This document shows, piece after piece, positions 50,878-64,000 of a stretch of 64,000 nucleotides of DNA. The position numbers were made by a program, and so were the translations under genes. Position 1 is the first letter of the stretch. Each line of letters starts with the position of its first letter. The stretch lies in the NCBI RefSeq assembly GCF_009914755.1, contig NC_060930.1; one strand, 5' to 3'. Source of the DNA: the human T2T-CHM13v2.0 reference genome, Homo sapiens. The notes beneath the pieces were generated by a model that was not told where the DNA came from, made no database searches, and saw nothing but the letters and a program-made list of their open reading frames with translations.

Positions 50878-53372
50878 TATCTTCCTTTCAGTTTCCCTAC
50901 TCATAGGTCAGCTAAGAATCCTAGAAGATTTGGCAATTATGTTAATAAAATAGTGAGACCACTGTCTGTTTTGATTAAGTCTCTTCCATATCTCTGTCTT
51001 CAGAGATTTCATTTACATACATCTCCCCTTGAGAATTACATTTCTTCTCTATTCTACTGAAAGGGCAAAACTGGCTACTACCCTCAGAGTATCATTGATT
51101 ATTGTAAATTAATACCTCCTAAAAACAAAACAAAACAAAATCTGCTATAGCTTTTAAACTTTCCTCGCTACCTGTTTCCATAATCTCTCTCCAAGGTGGC
51201 ATACGATCCAAGGTTGTATCTTGGATGACCAGTTTCCCAAATCACCTAAACAAAGAAAAATATTTTAAAATCCACTAGTTGTTGTCTCTTCTCTCTACTA
51301 TTCCTTACCTCATTAAATCTTATTTTTAAGTAGCTACTTTATACATGGATTTTAAAAGAAAAAAAAAACGGTTTAAAAATTCCCTTACATACTTGTCAAT
51401 TTGGAAGGATAGCTTTTACATAAGCTTCTACAGATTTGATTTCTGTAAAATATGTTCCTGTAAAATATGTTCTCTACTACAATGCTTTTAATCTTACTGC
51501 CAAGGTCTCTTATCCACAGGGTAATAGATTTATTTTTTTAAATAAAAATAAAGGAAGCCATATGCACATAAACTCCATTTATGTGCCAAAATGTGTAAAG
51601 AGACCAAAAGAAAGCTGTCGCTTAAATAGCAGGGCAAGATTTTTCTCTTCCTCTCCAACCCCAATTCAAGGGTTGAGAAAAAATGGTACGCTATACATCT
51701 ATGGCAAGGCTAACTTTTGATATGTCACCAGACACACTCAAAAAAATATTTTTGCATTATGATGTGAGCATAGGCTTCTCCATGGGTAAAGGAGCCCAAT
51801 CTGTGATCCAGTGAATGTGGATATGAGCAGCTCCCACTGTAAAAGGTTATATTTTTATGCCCAAACCCATGCCCCCAGCAGTTATATTTACACTCAGTTG
51901 TTTAGATTCCTTAGTATTAAAAATGCTTATAAGATATACAAAAGGATAGTCACATGACTATATGCACATTTATTCAGCCCTACAATTGGTTTCTGTTCAG
52001 AAACTGCACTTTGAGTTTCTATTAGTCATTCTTATGTATCCTAGTTCCAGTTTCCTAGTTCCAGTTTAGAAGTTTGCACTGTGTTGCCTCAATTTTCTAG
52101 GATGATCAATCTTAGGGCTTCAAGGACTTTGGAGATGGCCCAAACTGAAGTCAGCAAAAGTCTTTTTTTCTATCCCTTCCCAGAAAATGCTCTACTAAGC
52201 AGAAGAGCTTCCTTAAATCTGCCAAATAATAGCAATATGTTTAGTGAGCTAGTGTTCTCCAATTTTATAAATTACATTATTAATATCTTTTAAAGAGACA
52301 GAGAAAGAGAAAACATACCACTTCCCACAAGTCACTGGGCATTGCTTAGTTTCCCTTTGTTCAGTTTCCTCAGTATTTTTTTTTTCTGTGCAGAGAGGTT
52401 GCAGCTGTAACTTCTCGGATACCACATCAGAAGCTGCTACTCAAAGGTCCTTTAGAGTAATTATGTGTTACAAGGGGAATGTGATATAACAAAGAATTAA
52501 AGTAATTGTTAAAATCCTAGAAATTGCCAACATTTTTGAAAATGTGCCCTTGAATAATCTGGAAAGTCCAGTGGCTGGAGGAGATAATGAATGTAATCAT
52601 TAAACCACTTACAGTGCCTTGTTAAGAAGGGCCGTGTATGTATGTGATAATAGTGACAGCAGTATCTTTTTCTCTTTACACGAAAGTTTCTTTGCTCTTC
52701 TCTATACCTGGCACGGTTGCCTGAGAAGGTCAGATAGCCTATGATTAAGTAATTCATTTCAGCACTAAAACGTTTGCATATGCAAGGATAACACAAAGCT
52801 CTTAGAAGTTTTATCCATTTTGGAACTAGGAATAAATAAACATAGATACATTCCACAGGATGTAGAAAAAATGTTAAATATTCTGAAGCAAGCAAGCTGA
52901 AAAAATAAATATTATTCATGGCAAATGTGTTAAGAAATATTTTTACGTTAACATTTACAGAGCAGACTGACTTCGTGACTTGACTTTGGAAATTAATACA
53001 AAGTTGGTGTAACTGGATTATTTTGGTGATATTTTTAAATTGATTAGAGCAAAAGGACAAAACAAAAATCTTGGTGTCCTCTTTTTAAACAAAGTCTATT
53101 CTCTGACCATAGACCAAACCTCGAGTTCTTAGTACTCATAAATAAAAATAACAAGGCCCATAATACAGGCATAAATTAGCTAAACTATCTAAACACTTGT
53201 TAACTTCACTTTATGAGCTGGACACTCTATTCAACAGTAAGAATACTATGAATAAAGATAGTCCTTAACCTTAAGAAGCTCTTGAGTCTTAGAGACAAGG
53301 ACAATTGAATGAACAGATAGAGTACAATATGGTAAGCAGTATATAGCTAAACACAGAGTCCATCATAACCAC

Positions 53373-54063
53373 TGTGAAAGGAAAATAAATCTCACGATCC
53401 CAGAATCACTTAGACAAAGGAAAAAGTCAAGCTGAGAACTGGGTCACACAAACCTGCCTCCAATTTTGTTCCTAAATAAGATAGCTATAAATATTAAAAA
53501 CAACAACAACAACAAATGAAAAACAAGCCTCAGACCTCTCTCACCATTTGCTCACGAAAAAAATCCGAGGGCCTCAAGAACTTTACCCTAAAAAAGCTCT
53601 ATTAAGTTTCACCCTTACAATGTAAATTGATAGCCTGTCTTCACAGGTACTGGACAAAGGACAGAACTCAAAGTCAATCTTCTGCTCACCTGAGACAAAT
53701 ATATCTGATTGTTTCCTCTGCCCTATGTTTATTTTATCTTACGTAAAAATTCAGATTCACTGAGCTAGGTGAATGCATAAGTAACTATTTCTCTACCCCC
53801 TTCACGTGTGAATGGCTAATCAAAGACTCAAAAGAATGCAACCACTTGCCTCTTATCTACCCATATCCTTTTAAAAATTTATCCCTCTTTCCCCAATAAC
53901 TGCCCTATTTCCTTTAAATATTGAGGTCCTTAGATTTCCTTTGAAAAAAGAAAGGACCACAATTTTTCCTGTGGATCTGTGTTCTTTCCCAGACACAGCC
54001 TTAAACTTGACAAATAAACATAAACGATTGAGACTCACTGCAGTCATTTTTTAAAAATTTACA
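53373..54063 (+). mobile_element. MER4-family (ERV1) solo LTR
   Basis: TGTGAAAGGAAAATAAATCTC...aagtcaagctgagaactg...caaacctgcctcc...aaataaac...TTTACA with a 4-bp TSD ccac/ccat. Confidence 0.85.
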
Positions 54064-56774
54064 CCATTAAAGGAAGACCTCCTCCCTTAAAAAATACCCA
54101 CAATTCTTTCAATTGCACTCAAAGTTGCTTATAACATCACAGCCACAACATACGGGCTTTTACGTACTCACTTTTAATACAATGAATAATCCTATCCCTT
54201 CACCCTTTCTCTTTTCCTTTCTTTCCTCCTTTATGTGTTAATTCCTAAACATCTCAAATGTCTTTGAGATCCTATGAGGAGCCTTTCCTTATTCTGAAGT
54301 CTAGAGCAACAGCTATCTTACATGCTACCAAATCACCCTGCAGTTCACCTCTCAGGGTCCATCCATACTGTACTGTAGTGGTCTGCTTCTTTGTCCATTC
54401 CCCCAACTAAAAGGTCCTTCAAGAAAAAGTGAACATTTAAAAAACAAGTATTAACCCACTGGTGTTTGTTGTTCCACTGCCTAGCATAATTTTCTTAACA
54501 AATATTCATTAAATAGGTTAACTTCTGAATAAATATGAGAATTAACTGATATAAAAAAGCACTTTGAAAGAATTTGACAGTCATTTTATAGCTAAGTTAA
54601 ATAGGGTGCAGTGATTTAAGAACTTAAGTCACAGACAAAGAAGGAAAGATTGTTTGAAAATCAGCTTTAGTTAAAGGTATACCAGAAGCATGGTGATGCA
54701 CTCTATCTTTCACCAGCATTTCATCAGCATAGGCCTAAATTAGACAAAGTTGTGTTCCAATCTTTTACATTTAAAATGTATTAGCAGTGGATCGTAAGAA
54801 GCTATCTAATTCAACTGAACTCCTTTTTTTTCATGTGTGAAGTTTTAATGTCTAGATCACAAACTATTAAAACAATGAAATGAGATAAATGTAAAACACA
54901 CAGCTCTGTGGCTGGTACAGAGTACATCCTGAATTCAGGCTAATCTACTTTTCTTCATTTTAATTCATGGTAAAAGCCAATCAGTATAAGGGAGTCTTAG
55001 AGAGTCATCCAGCCAACGGGAATTACTAGATTCAATCCAGCTGTGTTGGGTTGGTTCATCCATTGCCACATCCAGTTTCATCATGTAAAGGAATAATGTC
55101 TCTTTTCAGTAATGGCCCTGACAGTATTTTTGCTGCCACCATGTGGCTGGTGACAGTTGATGCAGGGATCATGCTTAAGAGATTGTGGAAAAAAAAAAAA
55201 AAGTCTAGAAATTGTAGCATACATGGTCTTGCTTACCATGTTCAAAAGATGTGTTAAGTGTTTGACATATACTATCTAATTTAATTAAAAAATGCTAAGT
55301 AGGTGCTATTTATATCTTCATTTTGTAAGCGGCCACTGATCACTGAGGTTAGGAGGAGACAGTACCTTCCCTGTCTATGGAACTAGTAAGTGATAGAGTT
55401 GTACAATATTTGAATTCAGAGAAGTCCCATTTCAGGGCATAAATACCAAACCATAATGTTTTATTTTCTTTCTAAATGGTGTTCCACTAAAGATTGGAAT
55501 CTGAATTATTTAGAAAAATACTTGAACCAACTGTACAACTTTCGAAGCACCCAAATGAAAAATGCCGATTCCTTTCCCTTCACTTATTTGGGTGTGTTCT
55601 CTCAGTGTATATGTTGTTTTTCTAAAAGTAGTTTGTCCTTTGTTATCTCAGCTTTGTGTCACAGAAGGCTTTACATTCCCACAACCCAGTGAATATTTAT
55701 AAAGGAGACATCAAATCAATGTGTTAACAATTTTAATTTATACTTCTGTAAGCAACTGACAGATCTCTGTCTTGTTCTTACATCCATTTAAGAGCCAAAG
55801 GTAATCCTTATTTATAATTCATGTTTGATCTTAATCTCAATTCTCCTAGGACAATCTTTAAGCTTTACTTTGTAAGATTTCCCCCCTTCTCACCCCATCA
55901 CCTCACCCGTCCCTACCCCATACTTCTATCTGCACCTTTTGCTACAAGGTAGCAGGGTCAGGGGTGGGAGCATATATGAACTCTGGACTCAGAACCGTCA
56001 AATTCTGGCTTAGCCATGTACTATCGATCACATACTATTGATGAATTGCCGAGATATTTAATGAATTTCCCTTAGCTTCAGTTTCCTCATCTCTAAATTG
56101 AACATAAGAACACAAGGCTAAAACTTGCCCCTGATTAAGTGGCCAATAGATAGTTGCTGATAGTTGCTCTCCCCTCCTCTAGCACAAAAACCCAAGTTGG
56201 ATTCACATAGGGTCACACACAATCCATCTGTTTCTACACTTCACAATCACAGTCCCAGAATTAATCTCTTTCTGTCTGGGAATATTCCTGATAACCCACT
56301 TTTTGAAAATATATTAAACAATAGTGCTGGCTCTATATTTAAGATATTCCTCTTTAGTGATGAATAGGGCATCTTTAAAATGTATCTTAAGTAAAAGAAG
56401 AAACATTTCAAAAGTTACCCAAAAAAACCCCACCACAATTTAATCTTCTCCAGGCCTATATAATCTGAAACAGACAATGGCACCCATCTTGGAGATACAG
56501 ATTAACTCAACAACCTCTGAAGGAAGTGGCAGTGGCATACTCAACCTGTTAGGTGGTGAACTGAAGTCCTTATTAGCACAATAAGAAGAATATGGTATGT
56601 ACACACACACACACACAACTTCAAGTAATGCAACATAACTGAAAACTGTCAGTAGATTGTCCTAGCAAAGAAGTAGCACTGGTGAATAATTTCAAATAAA
56701 GATAGAGTGTAACGCAGCAAATATCAATCACATGGATAAAAAATGATAACGGGTAACATCTGCCCATCTAGTTT

Positions 56775-57330
<556 letters not shown>

Positions 57331-59769
57331 TATGCACATTAAGACAAATGGGATTGATAATCTCGTTTTAGAGAAGGCATTGTTTTAGTTACTTAATAAT
57401 CACTGACTCTCAAGAAAGAATATAAATGACAAAAAATTCTTCTTAGTGTGATATACACTACTCATCTAATCTATCAGATTATTTTAAAAGTTGCAGAAGT
57501 AGAATTTGCATAGGAGACTGACTAAAATATTATTAAACATGATGATGAGAAATACATATTCAAATCTTGACCTGACTAAATCCTCATTGAGGTCCATTTA
57601 TCCCTTTGCCACCTGCTTGCTCCACAGAGATGGCTGGTATAAATTGGTGCAGGCTGCTCTGTGGCTGTCATTCACATACACACACTATCCTCAGGAGTGA
57701 CTGAGAAGTAACTTGTGCATGACAAGCAACCTCAGGGACTATAACTTAGATCTGAAATAAACAAATTAATATCTTGAGCCTGTTACAGGCTCTTCAAATT
57801 GCATATTTAGATTCTATGAACACAGCAGGGTAAAGATACAGCATCCCGGATCCACCTGATAGCATCGGGACTTTGGCCCACATGTGGCTCACTGGTGATT
57901 ACGTATGTGAATGAACAGCTTGGAGGGGAAACCCTGGATTTTGAAACATTATTTCACAGTTTATAGCTTGCTCAATGGCAAAAACATTAAATTGCACATT
58001 TTAAGGTCATATCTGAAGGATTAGTTTCACTCTCTTCCAATACTTAAATTAATTACCATAAACTATGAATGAATTGAACATTAGGGAATAGCCTACTTAG
58101 TATTTTAAACAGAACATGCTGCAGAGTCAAATTCCAAATCCTAATTTGCTTGTACAACTCTAATGCTGAGCAAATGATGAAATTCCTTAATGTCTGTTTA
58201 TTGTAAAATAAAATCCAGTTAGTAATAAAGAAAAAAAAATGAGTACAGAATCAAATTCTTGGAGTCCAAGCATATTTCATCTCAAATAGCAAATGGACAC
58301 CTTCTTTTTGCATTGTACTGCGATTCATATTATGACAAAATAGTCAATACTTGGCTCTTAGAAAACGTTTCAGCCTTTATATTTTTTTTTAAGCACGAAA
58401 AAGTAACTAAGCACGATGCTTCCTCCCTTTACAAGAGTATGGATTTAAAACTAAATTAAATAAATATGAACTCTGATATTTATTGTTGTTGATTTTAAAG
58501 CATGGGGAGAAAAATGGCCAAATATGATCATTGCTACCTACTAGGGCCATGCTTACTTACATCATGGTGAGTTGCTCAGGGTGGTAGGGACCTAGGAGCA
58601 GCTACTGTCAGACTCACTCAATCCTACTGCCTTTAAAAAAATTCCTGACATAAAGTATACTTAGTTCTCTTGAAGCATGTATATAGTCTAAGGGAGATTC
58701 TTTGGCTCCCCTCAAAACTCTCCATCCAGGCTTTGCCTAAAGCATTCACAGTATGATTTTAACAGGAACAGTCTCAGGCATTTCTCACACAGCATCCACT
58801 ATGTTATCCACCACCTGCCTATCCTGGAGTCACAAAATAGGCCTCTCTGAAGGAGTTTGAGGTACTAGAGTCCTGGGTGTTTGGTTTCTTTGTTTCACTA
58901 GTAGAAGCGTTTCTTTCTTTTATTATTGAGTTAATCATCTTGGTAGTATATGATCACAGCCCTTCCCAGACAAGACAAAATGGGGAAAGCCAAGGAGAGT
59001 ACCAAGTGAGAGGCTGTATGAAAAGGTATCAGAGAAGACTTTGTAGAAGACATTGGAAAAAGCAAGTGTCAGGTTAGGAAAGGTGGGCATAGCAGTGAAA
59101 TAACATGACCAGGCTCCAGGGACACACCACCACTCAGGTGTCACGGAGATTCTCTCTGTGTCCTTTCTGGATAGCTCCCTTTCCCATCCCTAATTTCTTT
59201 TGCCTTATTTTACCTGCTGCATTACTTCCTAGTCTGGATTTGAGTAGAAGAAAAAGGAAACAAAATTCCCTAAAATTACTTCACCAAAGTGATTTTATAG
59301 GACTTCTAGTCAGATTACTTCTTGAAGATATCAAATTTTAATTTATAAAAATAGTAAGTAATATAAGACCTGGTTTTTATCTATTGAAAAAAAGTAGGGT
59401 TCTGATTTATAAGCCGTCTCAATCTCTGCTCATTTTCTCTGTATGAAAGAAGATTACTTCTTAAAATTTCCTTAGTTTCTCCTATTCATCTTAGAGTTAA
59501 GACATAAAGGAAAAAATAAAAAAGGGAATGAATGATTCATGGATAAAGGAGTTAAAAAATCAAGGGAGCAAAAATGATAAAACAATGAGTATGTCACAAA
59601 TGATATTGAGGAGAATGCCAGCTGAAGGAACACCATATTCAAAATACTACCACGTAGCTTTATCTTATTTAGTTTCTGGTTACACAATGACACCAAAAGC
59701 TTTTAGTTTTGAAAATTACTCATGCCACAATTAAACCAAAACAGGTAAGTGACTAATGGCACAATTCAA

Positions 59770-60420
59770 GGGAAGAAGGGACCATGCAAGTCATACAAAA
59801 ATTGTCATGAAGACTGAATTCAGGCAGTGGAGAAATACTGAAGGGTCTTCCACCAGAAAATGATATTATTTTAAAATCCTCACTAAGACTTTTGTGAAAA
59901 ATAAATCAGAAAGAGAAAGACTGAATTCTGCAAAACCAGTCAGAAGGCTGTAGCAGAAATGTATACAATATTTATACTGGGAGTCTGGGAGATGGTAGTC
60001 TGGAAGAGAGGGGTGGCAGTGGGGCTGAAGAAATGTAACTGGATTTGAGCTGGGTTTAGAGAAAAAAAATGGACAGGATTTAGTAAATGCAGAGTCAAAG
60101 CAAGAGTTAAAGATGACACCCAATTCTGACTATATAACAAAGAGAATAAATTGATTGGAATAGGGATAAAAAAGTACCAGCAGAAATTCTAAGGAAAATA
60201 AAATCAATTGGGTTTGAATGTGTTGAGTTTGAGCCATCTTAGAGACATTCAGGTGGAGATATCAACTAAGTTACTGAATATATAAATCTGGAGGTCAAGA
60301 AAAAGTATCTGCTTTTGGGAAAAGATACAAGTTTAGGAGTCATTAGCAAATACATGGATCGGAAAATCATGGCAGAAGATGAGATTGCCTGGGATTGGTA
60401 CAGACTAACATAAGGGACCT
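59770..60420 (-). mobile_element. L2 fragment
   Basis: aaaccagtcagaaggctgtagcag...gagttaaagatgacaccca...tgtgttgagtttgag...gacattcaggtggagatatc...ttaggagtcattagc. Confidence 0.75.
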
Positions 60421-61530
60421 AGGTCAAGATCTATGCATATGCCTTCTGCCTTGCATGCTGTCTTTAAGACCACTAAGGTTTGGTTCTGGCCCCAACACTG
60501 TCCAAGACATAGTAAAGTATGCATGCATCATTTTATTCAACTTCATTGCTAAACTATTGTTTCTGTAACTCATGAATACTATTTATATAATCAAAAACAA
60601 TTCCCCCATATAGTTGTTTTTAAAATGAACAGTAGAAGCTATTCCCATATCCGTTTTCCACAGTTTACAAAAATGCAAGAGTTCACATAAGTCATTTACA
60701 TGAAGGGTGAAAATGGGGTAAAAAATTAAAAAGTGAGTGTTTCTGCATAATCTTTCCATTTTTGTGAAGATTGGAGTGTTCTGTCCTGCTGGTGTATTTT
60801 AGGGGAAAAATCCCATCATAATTTCAGAGTGCATAATGGGCTCATTCTTTTTGCTCACACATGTGAAATAGGTTTGCAGCAATTTCTCTGTCTAGTTATA
60901 CAATACATTGTTTGGCAGCCACATTTTGTATGTTAATTTATGACATTTCCCCATACATTTTCCAGGGTGTAGTCAGAAAAAAATTCTTTATATACTAAAA
61001 AATAAAAGGATCTTAGCAATGCCATCAATCCAATTACACTTCATAGCTCAGGTACCGAATCACTGTGTGTAAAAAACTTTTAATAATTTCAAAGGATCTG
61101 TGGCAAATATAAAAATAATAAACATGTGAAAAATGTTTCCCAAGTTCTACTAAAGTATGTACTTTTTAATGTATTTTGTACTACCTATTTTTTATTAACC
61201 AAAAACTTTTATGTTAATACTCAATTTCAGAGAGAATTTTTGAAGACTACATTAAATCTTACAATAAAGCATTTATTTGGCCAGTTCGGTAGACTTCGAT
61301 TGAACTAAAAGCAAGATGAAGTAATGGCATACATGATCATATGTTGGTAATTAAGTCAACCACCATATTAGTATAAAACTATAAAATAAAAACTTTTAAG
61401 ACTGTACAATGGGGAATATTTTTCACATTTTGTTAGATTTCATTTGCTGATAAAGTCATAAAAATGTTACTAGATTTTTTGTTGTTACCATTTAGAGGTA
61501 CTCTTCTAAAAAGTTAATTTTGTAGCTTTT

Positions 61531-61869
61531 GTTTGTTTGTTTGTTTTTGTTTTTTGAGACGGAGTCTCGCTCTGTCTCTCAGGCTGGAGTGCAGTGCAGG
61601 CTGGAGTGCAGTGCAGTGGCGTGATCTCGGCTCACTGCAAGCTCCGCCTCCCGGGTTCACACCATTCTCCTGCCTCAGCCTCCTGAGTAGCTGGGACTAC
61701 AGGTGCCCGCCACCACGCCCGGCTAATTTTTTTTTTTTTTTTTGTATTTTTAGTAGAGACGGGGTTTCACCGTGTTAGCCAGGATGGTCTTGATCTCCGG
61801 ACCTCGTGATCCGCCCGCCTCGGCCTCCCAAAGTGCTGGGATTACAGGCGTGAGCCACTGCGCCCGGCC
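61531..61869 (-). mobile_element. AluY with internal duplication and perfect 15-bp TSD
   Basis: AluY diagnostics. TSD AATTTTGTAGCTTTT at 61516-61530 and 61870-61884. Confidence 0.95.
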
Positions 61870-61958
61870 AATTTTGTAGCTTTTTATGACAACATGAAAT
61901 TAATACTTTTTCCATTAGGTTAAATATAATAACTTACTCTTAAAAGAATAAGAATGAG

Positions 61959-62218
61959 GGCCGGGTGCAGTGGCTCATACCTGTAATCCCGACACTTTGG
62001 GAGGCCAAGGTGGGCGGATCACGAGGTCAAGTGATCGAGACCATCCTGGCCATCATGGTGAAACCCCGTCTCTACTAAAAATAAGTAGTCCCAGCTACTC
62101 GGGAGGCTGTGGCAGGAGAATCCCTTGAACCCAGGAGGGGGAGGTTGCAGTCAGTGAGCCAAGATAGCGCCACTGCACTGCAGCCTGAGGACAGAACGAG
62201 ACTCCTTTAAAAAAAAAA
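61959..62218 (+). mobile_element. AluSc-like with internal deletion
   Basis: gatcacgaggtcaagtgatcgagaccatcctggcca. The linker and start of the right arm are missing (tctactaaaaata|agtagtcccagc). Confidence 0.85.
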
Positions 62219-63169
62219 GAGGTAAGTTAAGCCCAATGTGGGTATAATTTAATGCATGTTTGTGAAGGTTCAATATTTGTTTCATAGTTCTGGAACTACT
62301 CAACATATATCCAACTAACTGAAATGTAGAACATCTTGCTCTCCTTTAGTTAGCACGTGGAATTAAAATTAAACCAGTTTTTGGGGTAATAAGCAACAGC
62401 ATCAATTTTATCTCTGAGATGTGTCTTCAGATGGGAACACAGGAAATGTAGTATTGAAGTACGTACTCATTTATTTTAATTCCAAGTGGCATATGAGTCA
62501 GAGGTCTAATACATAAAATACAATAATAATAGCATGTTTATATAATTTTTATCATTTCATTATTTAATATTATATGTAGATTATTCATTTTCCAATTTAT
62601 GACACTTCACAAATATCAATCACCACTTCCAAACATTTGAACAAAGAAGCAGCATAAAGAGAAATAATGTTTTAAAACTGTATTTAAGATGAATATGGCT
62701 AAAAATTCAGTTTGTAAATAAGCAATGCAGATATCAAAGTAAGATTTATGCATAGCTTCCCCCTTTTCTTCAATCTTGATGCATTTTCAAATGTCTATGT
62801 GAGTTTCAATAATTGAATTAAATGTGCCTCAATCTTCTCTTCTGTACAGTATTTATTCCACAGATATTAAATGGATTTAATCAGGTAATAATATAAATCT
62901 CAAAGAAAAGTGATTGATACATAGTAAGCAATCAGCAAATCACAACTTTTATTACCTGTAATGTAATCATTATCTCCTTTCATCCATTTCATCCCTATTC
63001 TTATTAGTGTCTTAATCATTCTCTCATTCAGGAATGGCACTAAAGAACTCTTAGATAAATAATTCCAACTATCTGTTTTATTACACACACATAGAATCTG
63101 GCACAGAGTAGGTGATCCCTCCAAAAAGACTGTCATTAAATGAAAAAACAGAAGAAGCTAATATTTACT

Positions 63170-63410
63170 TGATGATTATACTTGTGTCAGCTTACACCAT
63201 GTGCTGACACTATGCCAGGTATGTACATAAATGTTCATGTATTCCTGATGAAACCTCATGGTATGTCATTATATTCATGTTGAAGCTGAAAAACAGTTAA
63301 GATGAAGGTGTTTATGAAACTTCCCACTGGTCATAGTTAAACGATAGTGCAGCTATGGTTGAAACTCAGGTCTATCTAGTTCAAAATTTTATTTTCCCAT
63401 TATATTACAT
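63170..63410 (-). mobile_element. MIR
   Basis: cagcttacaccatgtgctgacactatgccagg...aaacttccca..ggtcatag...gaaactcaggtctatct. Confidence 0.6.
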
Positions 63411-64000
63411 TATCTTTCCACAGATCTCATTAGCATCTCAAAAACTCTATATCTTAATATATTCTTACAGATTTCTTTCCAGAGAGAAACTTTACAGGCA
63501 AGGAAAGAGGCCAGACATAAAAATTACCATGTTACAAAGACATCCATATAAATTAAGGTTTCTCTTATTGAGAGAACTTGAGAGTAGGAAGATAAATCTT
63601 ACCCTGATCTTACTTCTCTGTTCCTCTCAACACTACATTCTAAACAATACCTTCTCTTTCTTTGCTCCATGTTTTAAAAATAATGACCTATTTTTTTCAT
63701 ATTCTTGCTTTTTTTTTAAACCTTAGCCTCTAAATAATCAAAAACAATCTGACTTCAAGCTTCTATGCAAACTAATACAATCTCAAAGTTTCTCAATCCA
63801 GCCTACTGTGAGATAAAATTAGGAAAACTGTTCAAATGTACTATAGCACTTATTTAGACCAGTGATAGCAGCTTTTTCATTTTCACATTTATTAAATGCC
63901 ATGTGACCGTCATACAGATCCAAAAAATATATCTTGAATGATTTAATGAATTAATTGGAATTAATATTTAAAATGATGACATGGAGGATGTGTAGGCTCA

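Noticed and set aside
52509-53060. 183-aa minus-strand ORF in unique DNA
   Set aside because: TTG start, composition typical of AT-rich non-coding DNA, no recognisable motif or exon boundaries. The length is somewhat unusual but not sufficient.

Overview
Primate (human or great-ape) genomic DNA: AT-rich, CpG-depleted, non-coding. I found no recognisable protein-coding gene, RNA gene, CRISPR array or prokaryote-type system, and most long ORFs in the track lie in decayed repeats. The first ~41 kb is a layered record of transposon insertions: old L1M elements, Tigger1 and Tigger3a, a THE1/MER52 LTR chimera, a 3.7-kb 5'-inverted (twin-primed) L1PA3 with TSD, a tiny L1PA2-type insertion lacking a TSD, a 3'-truncated MLT2A/HERV-L provirus, an L1PA6, an L1M1-type 5'UTR, and a full-length THE1B provirus nested in an L1MA nested in a MER58A. 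The last ~23 kb is mostly unique DNA with ancient L2/MIR/MER repeats, five Alus and a solo MER4 LTR, and holds some candidate regulatory motifs and cryptic exons. Repeat family and subfamily calls come from recalled consensus sequences and need RepeatMasker/Dfam confirmation. Boundaries without TSDs are approximate. The findings are insertion and rearrangement mechanics plus speculative LTR-driven or cryptic transcript elements; I cannot support a novel biological system from sequence alone.
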